Of a DNA stretch of 64,000 nucleotides, positions 1-8,806 are shown piece after piece. The DNA lies in contig CAYLNH010000004.1 in assembly GCA_964384625.1 (NCBI GenBank), positions 20,922 through 84,921 on the forward strand, given 5' to 3'. The notes beneath the pieces are model-generated. The model made no database searches, had not been told where the DNA came from, and saw only the letters and a program-made list of their open reading frames with translations. The number at the start of each line of letters is the position of its first letter. Position 1 is the stretch's first letter. A program made the position numbers and the translations under genes. The stretch is from an uncultured Lentisphaerales bacterium. GTDB lineage: Bacteria; Verrucomicrobiota; Lentisphaeria; JABSQK01.

Positions 1-1073
1 GCAAAGAGCTTCTGCCGCAGTCCGGTTGCTTTTGCCGCCGCCGCCGTCAGCGCTTCCTCGTCGGCTTTGGCGGCGGTGCCGGCCAATTCCTTGTCGACCA
101 GTTTGCTGTGCAGTTCACCCTCTGTCCGGGCAGCGGCCAGATAGTCGGCCGCTGTCGTCGTCTCTTTGGGGGCCTGCAGCACGGATTCATTGTGCAGCAC
201 AACCGCGCCGTCAGCCGCATCGACGACGGTATTGACGTCTTTCTTAAAAACAAAGCCCTTGCGGGCGGAATGGGTAACTGCGCCGCTCTTAACCGCCAGC
301 GCCGCACCGGCAACCGCGCTGTCACTCTTTTCCAGCGCACAGACGAACCGGGCGGGTTTGTCCTTTTCGGGTTTGACGGACAGCTTCGCGCCCTTGGCCA
401 CGCCGTACTCGATGTTCAACGCACCGCGTTTGACGGTGATGTCGGTGTAGCTGTTCTCTTTGCCTTCGTGGATAACGGCGACGATCTCAGTGCCTTTCTC
501 GACCACCGGCGCGTTGAAGGTGGCGCCTTCAGCGGGGAGGTCCTTGACTTTGAACCGGCTGGCAACCGAGATGCTCCCTTCCGAGCAGGTCACGGCATTC
601 TTGCGCGAGCCCTTTTGGGCAACCGCTTTCTCCGCCTCGGCAGCAGCTTCGAAGGACACTGTAAAGCGCGTTCCCAGGGCGCCGCAAACGGCAGTCGGCG
701 TTTCGACCTGCAGTTTCTGGCCCTTGGGGAACTTATCGAGTTTCAGCTTCACCGTCCCCTGTTCAAGTTTGAGGACCTTGAGCTTGGGGTTTCTGGTATC
801 GGCGTTGACCGCGAGCTTGCTCCTGGGCATCAACCGGAAGGTATTGCCGGGGGACAGCTCCAGATCCATGGTGGACCGGCGGCCGGTCTTGAGCACCGTA
901 CCGAACGGATACGCCGTCTCGGGTTTGACCGGCTTGTATCCCTTTTCCGCCTTGTACCGGCAATCGTTCTGCGTCTTCAGAACGGTGAACGTCTTGCCCT
1001 GTTCCCGGGCGCCGAGAGCAACAGCCCCCAGGGAAAGCCAGAATGCCAGCAGTACACGCCAATGCTGTTGCAT
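1..1073 (-). CDS. FecR-domain secreted protein (partial, runs off left edge)
   Basis: Manually translated frame from ATG at 1073 (MQQHWRVLLAFWLSLGAVALG, signal-like) with FecR-like motifs LKTGRRS, LEQGTV, VETPTAVCGALGTRF; absent from ORF track because no stop in window. Confidence 0.75.
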   Translation of the reverse strand, partial: MQQHWRVLLAFWLSLGAVALGAREQGKTFTVLKTQNDCRYKAEKGYKPVKPETAYPFGTVLKTGRRSTMDLELSPGNTFRLMPRSKLAVNADTRNPKLKVLKLEQGTVKLKLDKFPKGQKLQVETPTAVCGALGTRFTVSFEAAAEAEKAVAQKGSRKNAVTCSEGSISVASRFKVKDLPAEGATFNAPVVEKGTEIVAVIHEGKENSYTDITVKRGALNIEYGVAKGAKLSVKPEKDKPARFVCALEKSDSAVAGAALAVKSGAVTHSARKGFVFKKDVNTVVDAADGAVVLHNESVLQAPKETTTAADYLAAARTEGELHSKLVDKELAGTAAKADEEALTAAAAKATGLRQKLF

Positions 1074-1109
1074 TGCTATTCTCCCACAGCGATTCAGATT
1101 TCGAGGCGG

Positions 1110-1928
1110 CTACTTCAGATCCTCGGCATCGCCGTCAGCGCCTTCGACATCCGGCAAGACCTTGTCTTCCTGCACCTGCCGGCTTTCCACGCCGAGGCGT
1201 TCCTGCAGGAACTTGTGGAACTCCTCGAGGAACGGGGAATTCTCGGGGCCGAGCTTGGCGATCAGGATGAAGTTGATCAGGATTTTTCGTTCCGCGACTT
1301 CCTCGCGGGTGACCGGCGGCCCGTCCTTCTTCTGCAGGTAATAGAGCTGGGCGCTCAGTTTGTTCGCCTTCTCCGCGGCGGCATCGAAGTCAATCACATG
1401 CTGCCGCAGTTCTTCATCGAGGAATTCGATGAAGGTATCGCAGAGGAACTGCACGGGGGTCAGTTCTGGCTTTGTCTTTTTGGCGTCGGCATACTTGGCT
1501 TTCAAGGCCGGCGCTGACTCGCGGAGGTACTTGTTCAGCTCCGGGAAGAACTCTTTGCGAAGCTTGAGACTGATCTGATCGGCGTACCGGTCCATCTGGA
1601 CCTTGAGGAATTCCTCTGCCTGCGGCACAGCCTTCAGGGCCTCGTTGACAATCAGTTCAGCCCACTCCTCCTTGTTCGCATCGTACTGCCGGATCAACTC
1701 GCCCGGCTGCTCAACAATAAGGTTCACGGTCTGTTCGCCGTAGGTCTTGAGGCCTTCCGGCCCGATATAGCTGTTGATCTGATTGTATGCCCAGGCGGTG
1801 TAGAAGAGGACAATCACGACCAAGACGCCAAAGGTGATGAGCGTATTGCGAATACTCTTCGCCAGGCCCTGCTGTTCGGCAAGAACCGCGGCTTCCAGTT
1901 TTTCGAGGCGATCGGTTGCGTTCGTCAT
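1110..1928 (-). CDS. hypothetical single-TM helical protein
   Basis: 272 aa ORF; N-terminal coil, one hydrophobic segment, charged helical remainder; start overlaps stop of upstream gene. Confidence 0.8.
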   Translation of the reverse strand: MTNATDRLEKLEAAVLAEQQGLAKSIRNTLITFGVLVVIVLFYTAWAYNQINSYIGPEGLKTYGEQTVNLIVEQPGELIRQYDANKEEWAELIVNEALKAVPQAEEFLKVQMDRYADQISLKLRKEFFPELNKYLRESAPALKAKYADAKKTKPELTPVQFLCDTFIEFLDEELRQHVIDFDAAAEKANKLSAQLYYLQKKDGPPVTREEVAERKILINFILIAKLGPENSPFLEEFHKFLQERLGVESRQVQEDKVLPDVEGADGDAEDLK

Positions 1929-2800
1929 TATTGGCCACCTCCTTTCGGGGGCGCCGGCACTTCGGCCTGCTGTTCCCCGAGACCGGGAATCAACTCGTAC
2001 TTGATGCGGTCGATAAGCCCCTCCAGAAAATCGTTGAAAATCTCCTCGCGCATCTCCGCCTGCTTCGCGGGCGGGATGTCGCTGTCGGCCGAAAGCTGTT
2101 CGACGCGCTGGTCGATCACCCGCAGAACGGGGGCAAACTGGGCAATCCGCTCTTCGCCCCAGCCATGGATGCCGTCATACAGGTAGGACTCGGCTGCCTT
2201 GAATTCATCCTCCAGCTTTTTGCCTTCCAGTTCCGGGAAGATCTTATGAACTTCCGCTTCGGACTCATTCATGCCGGCGACCATGGCATCAAACAACTGC
2301 TGCTGAACGCGGGTTTCGGCATGTGTCTTGAGGTTGGCTGACAGCTCTTTGCCGGCGGCCTCGAACTCATCGGAGCGCGCCTCGAACTTATCCACGACCA
2401 GTTCCTGAAACTCAGGGACAACGCGTTCGGTAATCACCTTTTGCGAGCGTGCGACTTCCGGCGGGATTTTCGCCTTGGCGTCGGCGATCACGTACTTCAG
2501 CGCTTCGTCAATCCGCTTGTCGGGATGGGCCGACAACGGCATGTCCGACTCCGGGTTTTCGAATGCCTTCATCACGGCTTCCGGGTTGATCTGGTGGATA
2601 TACTTGTTGTAGTTCGCCATGATGCTGTAGCAGCGATACGCGAACAGCCCGAGAATCACAAGCACAAGAACGCTGCCGCTGACCGCGCACAGCCGCAGCT
2701 TGCTGCGTAATTCCCGATTCTTAACCAACATCTCCTCGATTCGAGCAATGCGTTGCTCGAGCTGGTCGTCGGATTGGGGGGCCAGTTTATCTTCGGCCAT
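1928..2800 (-). CDS. hypothetical single-TM helical protein
   Basis: 290 aa ORF; AGGAG/GAGG RBS; same architecture as neighbour. Confidence 0.8.
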   Translation of the reverse strand: MAEDKLAPQSDDQLEQRIARIEEMLVKNRELRSKLRLCAVSGSVLVLVILGLFAYRCYSIMANYNKYIHQINPEAVMKAFENPESDMPLSAHPDKRIDEALKYVIADAKAKIPPEVARSQKVITERVVPEFQELVVDKFEARSDEFEAAGKELSANLKTHAETRVQQQLFDAMVAGMNESEAEVHKIFPELEGKKLEDEFKAAESYLYDGIHGWGEERIAQFAPVLRVIDQRVEQLSADSDIPPAKQAEMREEIFNDFLEGLIDRIKYELIPGLGEQQAEVPAPPKGGGQ

Positions 2801-2885
2801 AAATCCTCACTCCTCCTGAGTGTTGCTTTTTTCTCTCTCGACCTCGTCTGCGGCTCCCCTGCCGCAGCAGAACCAAAACGCGGAC

Positions 2886-2914
2886 AATATAGGCAGACGC
2901 CGAATCGATTGCAA
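2886..2914 (-). promoter_or_regulatory. sigma70-like promoter TTGCAA-N17-TATATT
   Basis: Read on minus strand about 85 nt upstream of the 2800 start. Confidence 0.45.
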
Positions 2915-3128
2915 GCGTTCCGAGTCGGGTGCGCCGGGCCTCGATTATTGCCCTCGACATTCTGCTCAAAGATCCCGCGCCCTTGCGGTGCGGGGTTTCA
3001 GGATCAATCACCACGACCACGAGCGTCGCCACGTTGCGGTGCGTCAGCGGCCTGCCGACCGGACAGCCGTGAGCCGCGGGGGGCCGCAGCCACCCGGTTT
3101 ACGAAGAGGCTGCGCGAACAGTCCCGCC

Positions 3129-4535
3129 TCAGGTTCCACCGTTTTTCCCGCGGTCGGCGGCGGGCGCCGGCAACAGCCGGACCGCGGGATCCGGGGCCAA
3201 CCAGAGCGTCTTGATCCGGAACCGGGTTCGGCGCCCGATCCGCTTGCCGCCGCCCTCGTCGAGCTCATTTTCTCCGACCGAGTAGAATACTCGTTTCTTG
3301 GGGCTGTAGTTCCAGGCGGCACCGCTGAAGGGGTCGACCGGGAGTTTCTCGATGAACTCGCCCTCCAGGCTTTTCAGGTCGGGCGGCAGCTTATGGTGAC
3401 GCACGGCATAGGCCCGAATCGCCAGGAAGAGCTGAGCTGCCGCGACTTCGGCTTCGTTGCGCGCGATGCGCGCCCGCAGCCGCGCGAAGGGCCGGCTGAT
3501 CATCCAGAACAGATGCCGGCCGAGATAGTTTGGTTTGGTAACCAGGCGGAACGGCGAACCGATCGCCGGTTTTTTCACGGGCGGCAGGGGAGCCCGCTCC
3601 GGGTACGGCCGTTGCAGGTTTGCAATCTGCCCCCGCCAGTACTCGGCGTAAGCGGAACAGGTCCGGTTGACGCGCAACCCGAAGCGGTTCGTGCCGTACG
3701 GTTTCAGGAGCCCCTTGACTCCCGGGTAGGCGCCGGCGTAAGAGCGGGCTTTGATGGCTTCGGCATCGGCGCACCAGATGGCGTATTCCACGCGGCAGGC
3801 CGCGACGACGCCGGCGGTGTTGTGGCGGTACTGCCGCAGGTCATCGGCACATTCAATCAACACGTCCGGCGGCATCCGGGCTTCGTACATCTCGACCAGA
3901 CGGATCAGTTCCTCGACGGCCAGCCGCTGCAACCGCAGGCCCAGCGAAACGTGGGCCATGCTCCCGTCGGCGCCCTGCAGGCGCCAACCGAACTCGCAGA
4001 GCGTCACCAACAGGCGTGCGGCCCGCGGCAGCCGGTGCTTGTAAGACTGGTCCCGGGCTTCCAGAGCCTTGAGGCGGCCCAACTCCTGCCACCGCTCCAG
4101 ATAGCTGAGATCCACAGTGGAATCCGTCACCGCCGGGACTTGAAGTTCGGACAGCGCCATGGCCTCGTCGAACAGGGCCAAAGCCCTTTCGTTCCTGGCC
4201 AGGATCTTGTACATATGACGGCCATGGCGATGTTCGGCCGCCAACTCCTGCTCGACCGCATAGAACTCCGCCGTCGTCAGGCTGACGGCTTTCGCGGCAG
4301 CCTGGATCGGTTCGAACGCGTTCCGGGCCGCCGGGACGGCCTCGCGTCGGGGCAGGAGGTCGGCGTCATCCGGCGGCAGACCATCCCAGAACAGGCAATA
4401 GCCGGCAAACAGGCAGGCCCCGACCAGAAGCCCGCCCCAGACGGCCAGGCGGACGGGGCTCAGCGGGCGCCGGGCTTTCCCCGAAGATTCGTTTTCGGCG
4501 ACTGCCGAAGCTCCCTCGTCATGCGATTCCGTCAT
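3129..4535 (-). CDS. membrane-anchored protein with C-terminal GspG/pseudopilin-like motif
   Basis: N-terminal TM; C-terminal AIRAY..LPPDLKSL..LPVDPFSG..YSVGEN..DEGG. Confidence 0.7.
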   Translation of the reverse strand: MTESHDEGASAVAENESSGKARRPLSPVRLAVWGGLLVGACLFAGYCLFWDGLPPDDADLLPRREAVPAARNAFEPIQAAAKAVSLTTAEFYAVEQELAAEHRHGRHMYKILARNERALALFDEAMALSELQVPAVTDSTVDLSYLERWQELGRLKALEARDQSYKHRLPRAARLLVTLCEFGWRLQGADGSMAHVSLGLRLQRLAVEELIRLVEMYEARMPPDVLIECADDLRQYRHNTAGVVAACRVEYAIWCADAEAIKARSYAGAYPGVKGLLKPYGTNRFGLRVNRTCSAYAEYWRGQIANLQRPYPERAPLPPVKKPAIGSPFRLVTKPNYLGRHLFWMISRPFARLRARIARNEAEVAAAQLFLAIRAYAVRHHKLPPDLKSLEGEFIEKLPVDPFSGAAWNYSPKKRVFYSVGENELDEGGGKRIGRRTRFRIKTLWLAPDPAVRLLPAPAADRGKNGGT

Positions 4536-4562
4536 ACCGTGTCCGTACTCGGCCCATCCCGG

Positions 4563-5702
4563 CTACTTGTTCTTCAATGCCCGCTCTTCCTGCTCGCGCA
4601 TCTTGCGCCGGATGCGTTCCTTCTGGACCACGCGCCGGGCTTCGGCAACAGGGATTTCGTTCTGGTATTTGATGGCGTCCTTCTTGATCAACATGATCTT
4701 CGTCGGGCCGGCCGCGATCAGCATGCTGCCGTCTTCGCGTGTATCGATGACCATCGCGTTGATCTTCTTGTCGGCGGTAGTTGTGATCTCGAGGTTGGGG
4801 AACCAGAGCAGGAGATCCAGCTTGGTGGTCTGTCCCGGCTGCACGGTCACCACGGTCGCGGCGGTTTTTTCGCCGTGGAACTCAAGGACGACCTTGTGTT
4901 TGCCGGCGACCAGGCCGCTGAACAGGCGCGGCGCGGATTTGCGTGAGTTTTCGGCGCCGGGTTTGCCCGGGCCTTGGTCGTAGTTGTTCAGCAGCAGCTT
5001 CGCCGCGGCCGGCGTCGCCGTCACTTCGACCGCGCCCAACGCATTTTTCAGCTCCACGTGCCGCGCGGCCGGCTGATCCTTACTGATGGCCAAAGTGAAT
5101 TTCTCCGACTGAAACCCGATCTTCATGACGCGGAACCCATACTCCCCGGGCGGGACGGCGCCGGCGGTCAGGACGACGGGTGTCCGGCCGAGGACCTTGG
5201 GCCCCATCACGACAGTGGCGGCGGACGGGTTACTGGTGATGACACAGGAGCCGGCTTCCTGCCGCAAGGTGAACTTCCGCAGCTTACCGTCGTTCGGGAC
5301 TTCACAGAACTTATCCAGCGGCTCGTAGCCTTTCAGTTGAAAGCGGAGGGCGTGGCGGCCGGGCGGCAGCTTCTGCAGCATGGTCGGCGTTTTTCCCATA
5401 TCCCGGCCGTTGTACTGGATTTGAGCGCCGGAGGGAACGGTATCGACCCAGATAAAATCGGCTTGGGGAACGCCGGTCGGCTTGGCGGCGGGTTCGGCCG
5501 CAACGGGCGGGGTTTCGGCCGCGGGTTCTGCCGCAACGGGCGGGGTTTCGGCCGCGGGTTCTGCCGCAACGGGCGGGGTTTCGGCCGCGGGGTCTGCCGC
5601 AACGGGCGGGTCAACCGGTTGAGCGGCATCCTGGGCGGCCACCGGCCGGACAACGCCGAAGCCGGCAATGATTGTGGTGAAGATGATTCTCCGTATACTC
5701 AC
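4563..5702 (-). CDS. PEGA domain-containing secreted protein
   Basis: Signal peptide; repeated PEGA motifs (TVPSGA..GKTP..LPPGRH..LKGY; ITSNPSAATV..GRTP..PGEY). Confidence 0.85.
   Translation of the reverse strand: MSIRRIIFTTIIAGFGVVRPVAAQDAAQPVDPPVAADPAAETPPVAAEPAAETPPVAAEPAAETPPVAAEPAAKPTGVPQADFIWVDTVPSGAQIQYNGRDMGKTPTMLQKLPPGRHALRFQLKGYEPLDKFCEVPNDGKLRKFTLRQEAGSCVITSNPSAATVVMGPKVLGRTPVVLTAGAVPPGEYGFRVMKIGFQSEKFTLAISKDQPAARHVELKNALGAVEVTATPAAAKLLLNNYDQGPGKPGAENSRKSAPRLFSGLVAGKHKVVLEFHGEKTAATVVTVQPGQTTKLDLLLWFPNLEITTTADKKINAMVIDTREDGSMLIAAGPTKIMLIKKDAIKYQNEIPVAEARRVVQKERIRRKMREQEERALKNK
5488..5611. repeat. 33-bp intragenic tandem repeat (~3.7 copies) encoding PPVAAEPAAET
   Basis: Unit gcgggttctgccgcaacgggcggggtttcggcc repeated with few substitutions. 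Confidence 0.9.
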
Positions 5703-5729
5703 GGTGGTCTCCTTTCCAGATTACGACGA

Positions 5730-6044
5730 TCAATAATGCGGTCGCGGCTGTTTTTCCAGCACCGCTTCATCGATCCGAAAGTTCTCTTCCATGGCGGACC
5801 CGAGTTCTTCGCAGAACGGCAACGCCCGGTCGTCGAAGTAGGTGACCCTGCCGTTGGTTGTGGCCAGGCTTTCGATCCTGGCCACAAGTTCCTTGCGCCG
5901 ACCGCGGTCGTCGGTCGGCAGGAACACGTCATAGGTCTTTCGCGACCATCCCTCAACGTACAGCCGCATCCCGTGTTTTTCACATAAATCCCGAATCAGG
6001 AGGTCCAGTTTCTCCGCATCATCGGGCTGCTGCACTCGAACCAT
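5730..6044 (-). CDS. hypothetical protein
   Basis: 104 aa ORF tightly packed between def and the PEGA gene, normal composition. Confidence 0.7.
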   Translation of the reverse strand: MVRVQQPDDAEKLDLLIRDLCEKHGMRLYVEGWSRKTYDVFLPTDDRGRRKELVARIESLATTNGRVTYFDDRALPFCEELGSAMEENFRIDEAVLEKQPRPHY

Positions 6045-6053
6045 GCGCCGGGC

Positions 6054-6662
6054 TCACTTCTCTTTATTCCGGTTCTTCACCTGTTTTTTGCTGATCCGCT
6101 CCAATTCCGCCAGGGTATCCCCGGCAGCATCGAATTGCTCTTTCGGGATGCGCTCGACAAACAGTTTACCGGTCAGGTGGTCGCATTCATGCTGAATACA
6201 GCGCGACAGCAGCCCGCCACAGCGGTAGCCGACAGTCTCCCCGGCAAGCGTTTGAAAGGTCACCTGGACGAACTCCGGGCGCTCCACGTCGCCGTCGACG
6301 CCGGGTACGCTCAAGCAACCTTCGACGCGGACCTCCGTCTGTTCGGAGAAGTCGCTGAGCTTGGGGTTGATCATGGCCAGCGGCATCCGCGGCAACAGCG
6401 AGATCTCGCCCGGGGTAATTGCCGGGCGCTCGCCGACGTCGGGCGGGGGGACATCCAGGACGATCAGATTCAGGCTGACGCCGACCTGCGGCGCCGCCAG
6501 TCCGATCCCGTCGCTGTCGTGCATGGTGACGATCATCCGCTCGACCAATTCGCGAGTTTCATCGGTGATCGCGTCCACGTCGCGCGCGGGCCGTTTAAGG
6601 ACCGGGTGACCATATACGCAGATCTGCATGGGCTTCACGCGAGCCCGTCCGAACAGTTGCAT
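6054..6662 (-). CDS. def: peptide deformylase
   Basis: Motifs GIGLAAPQVG, EGCLS, QHECDHL; start may be the ATG at 6629. Confidence 0.97.
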   Translation of the reverse strand: MQLFGRARVKPMQICVYGHPVLKRPARDVDAITDETRELVERMIVTMHDSDGIGLAAPQVGVSLNLIVLDVPPPDVGERPAITPGEISLLPRMPLAMINPKLSDFSEQTEVRVEGCLSVPGVDGDVERPEFVQVTFQTLAGETVGYRCGGLLSRCIQHECDHLTGKLFVERIPKEQFDAAGDTLAELERISKKQVKNRNKEK

Positions 6663-6756
6663 GAAAAACGCCTTTCTGTGGTCAACTCATTCAACAGTAA
6701 AGGTACGCAGGAACCGGAGGAAATCAATCGCCGGCGCTTTGCCGCAGGGCAATCGG

Positions 6757-7140
6757 TCAGTCCTTTGACATGGTCAGATCGTCCGCCGTAAACATGGTCC
6801 GATCAGGGCCGGCGGAGATCAGTTCGTAGCCGCCAGTCTGCTTCAGGGTGATCTTGATCTGCTTGTTCCAGGCGTCCACCGTTGTCACCCGATGCTTGAC
6901 CAGGTATTCGGAATAGCGGGTCCTGATCGCGTTGATGTCGTACGGCGGTTCGTCGCCGGTTTCCGCGGCATACGCTGAGACCACGGCTTCCGCCGACGCG
7001 GCCAGGGCTGCCATGCGGGAGTTCGTCGACCGCACGCGCTGCCGCGGCAGGACGACAGCGAAGAGGCCGACGAAGAGGACGAAGAAAAGCACAACCACAC
7101 CGGCAAGCACGCCGATAAGAACATTCGTTTTCTGACTCAA
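6757..7140 (-). CDS. GspG-like pseudopilin C-terminal domain protein
   Basis: TM then DAWNKQI..YELISAGPDR..TADDL; TTG start at 7140 preceded by AGGAGG (alternative ATG 7197). Confidence 0.7.
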   Translation of the reverse strand: MSQKTNVLIGVLAGVVVLFFVLFVGLFAVVLPRQRVRSTNSRMAALAASAEAVVSAYAAETGDEPPYDINAIRTRYSEYLVKHRVTTVDAWNKQIKITLKQTGGYELISAGPDRTMFTADDLTMSKD

Positions 7141-7168
7141 ATTGCCTCCTTGACGCGGGCGCGGACGT

Positions 7169-7426
7169 TCAGTAGCGGATATGTTTGGCGTTGGCATTCG
7201 ACCGGACCCGGACCCGCTCCTTGCAGGCGGGGCAGACAACCAGAACCCGGCGGGGTTTGATGAAGAAGTCGTAATGGCATTTCGGGCACTGGCAGATCTT
7301 CAGTTCCGACGGTTCCCAGTGCCGGGTGGCGACGCGCAGGAACTGCCGGCCCCAGAGCAGCAGCAGCAGCAGCACGCTCAAGCAGATTGCCAGCGTGAAG
7401 AATGCCTCAATGCTGATTGAGATCAT
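7169..7426 (-). CDS. small TM protein with CxxC..CxxC zinc ribbon
   Basis: MISISIEAFF hydrophobic segment then CPKC and CPAC; GGAGG upstream. Confidence 0.7.
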   Translation of the reverse strand: MISISIEAFFTLAICLSVLLLLLLWGRQFLRVATRHWEPSELKICQCPKCHYDFFIKPRRVLVVCPACKERVRVRSNANAKHIRY

Positions 7427-8342
7427 ACCAGGGGACCTCCTCCAGTTCTCCTTCGCGGACAGTGGTCGGGAATTCCGGCCGGTACTTGAGACCGGGCACA
7501 TGTTCCCAATGGACGGTCAGGTACCGGGTGGACTCGATCCAGTTGCGACGCTGCACACCCGGGGGGGACGCCGCGATGCGGGCCAGGAACGCGCGCAGGT
7601 GGCGGGCGGCCAGATCGTCAAGCTTCGGATTGCCGCTGGACCGAACCAGCCGCACACGGGGCTGACTGCCGGCGGGCGGCGGCTCCAGCGCCTCGGCCCG
7701 TTTGACAACCCCCGGGGCGACCTGCAAGACGGTGGGCTCGCGGGCCGACAATTCGTCCGGCTTCAAGGCCTTCTGAATCGCGCCGATCGACAACAGCGGC
7801 AGCCCGCCGACGGCTTTGCCGTCGGCGTCGACCCAGTAGACACCGGCGGCGACCGGTTTGGGTTGGTCTGCCGTCGGCGCCGCTCCGGGCGCGGCGGCCT
7901 GTCTCTGATCGACGGCCGCCCAGAAATCAGTGAACGTCAGTCCAACCGGCGTCACAGCCGGCAGATAGGGGATCTCCGGGCCGAGGTCGGCCGGCAGGAT
8001 TTCCAACGGCCGGCGTTCGCGGCGGAATTCGCTGCGGCGGGAATAGAGATCCACATCATGGCGGCGCAGGAGCGGGTTGGTATCGGCCGGCTGGGTCATG
8101 ATGGTGGGGTCCATGACCGTGAGATAATCAATCAGCGGATGGAGTTTGGCCGGCAGCTCCCGCTTGTCCATCGGCAAGGCGACGCGGGCGACATCCGCCG
8201 CGACGCCTTCCTCAACCGCCGACCGCTGCATCTCGCCGCTGCGGAAAACGAACCCGGCCGTGGCGATCAGGAGCAAGACCAGAACGGCGGCCATAATCAT
8301 ATCCCGCAATGCCTGGCGGCGATGTCGGCGCGACCGGCTCAT
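7407..8342 (-). CDS. TonB-like energy transducer
   Basis: N-terminal TM, Pro-rich linker, C-terminal VRLVRSSGNPKLDDLAARHL; follows exbD. Confidence 0.6.
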   Translation of the reverse strand: MSRSRRHRRQALRDMIMAAVLVLLLIATAGFVFRSGEMQRSAVEEGVAADVARVALPMDKRELPAKLHPLIDYLTVMDPTIMTQPADTNPLLRRHDVDLYSRRSEFRRERRPLEILPADLGPEIPYLPAVTPVGLTFTDFWAAVDQRQAAAPGAAPTADQPKPVAAGVYWVDADGKAVGGLPLLSIGAIQKALKPDELSAREPTVLQVAPGVVKRAEALEPPPAGSQPRVRLVRSSGNPKLDDLAARHLRAFLARIAASPPGVQRRNWIESTRYLTVHWEHVPGLKYRPEFPTTVREGELEEVPWYDLNQH

Positions 8343-8806
8343 GGGACTTCCACCTTGCGGCCTTCAGTAACAATGAACAGCGTAATCTCCTGCCGCCGGC
8401 AAATGTCCATGATGGTGGTCAGGTCATCCAGTGGAACGTTCTTGTCGGCCCGCAGGATGACGATCGGCCGGCGCACCCGGGTCGATCGCGTGCGTTTGTA
8501 CTTGCCGAGCTCATTCTCGAGGACGTGAAAATCGGGGATCACCTTGGTATTGAAGAAGATCTCGCTGCCGTCCGACAGGCGGCGCATACTGATCACCAGC
8601 TTGTCGGCCGTGTCGAATCGAGCCTCAAGCACCTCCGGCAGCTCCACCTTGAAGCCGGGCACCTGCAGCAGGCTGCTGCCGAGCAGGATGAAAATGAGCA
8701 GCAGCAGGATAACGTCCACCAACGGCGTCAACATCAACCCGGAACCGGCGCGAACCGGCAGTCGACTGACGAAGTTGCGGACCTCGACCAGCGGCCTATC
8801 CGTCAC
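8339..8806 (-). CDS. exbD: biopolymer transport protein ExbD/TolR
   Basis: LTPLVDVILLLLIF and ILRADKNVP motifs; GTG start inferred. Confidence 0.88.
   Translation of the reverse strand: MTDRPLVEVRNFVSRLPVRAGSGLMLTPLVDVILLLLIFILLGSSLLQVPGFKVELPEVLEARFDTADKLVISMRRLSDGSEIFFNTKVIPDFHVLENELGKYKRTRSTRVRRPIVILRADKNVPLDDLTTIMDICRRQEITLFIVTEGRKVEVP

Noticed and set aside
2787-3032. 81-aa minus-strand ORF
   Set aside because: Arg-rich, no clear RBS, and overlaps a plausible promoter for the downstream gene
2820-4946. 708-aa plus-strand ORF and similar long antisense ORFs (108-1517, 20346-22034, 25328-27547, 54413-56185, 61558-63672)
   Set aside because: They shadow recognisable genes on the opposite strand, which is expected from stop-codon scarcity in high-GC DNA, and show no protein motifs
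5488-5611. Possible CRISPR array
   Set aside because: Contiguous in-frame tandem units without unique spacers, and no cas genes
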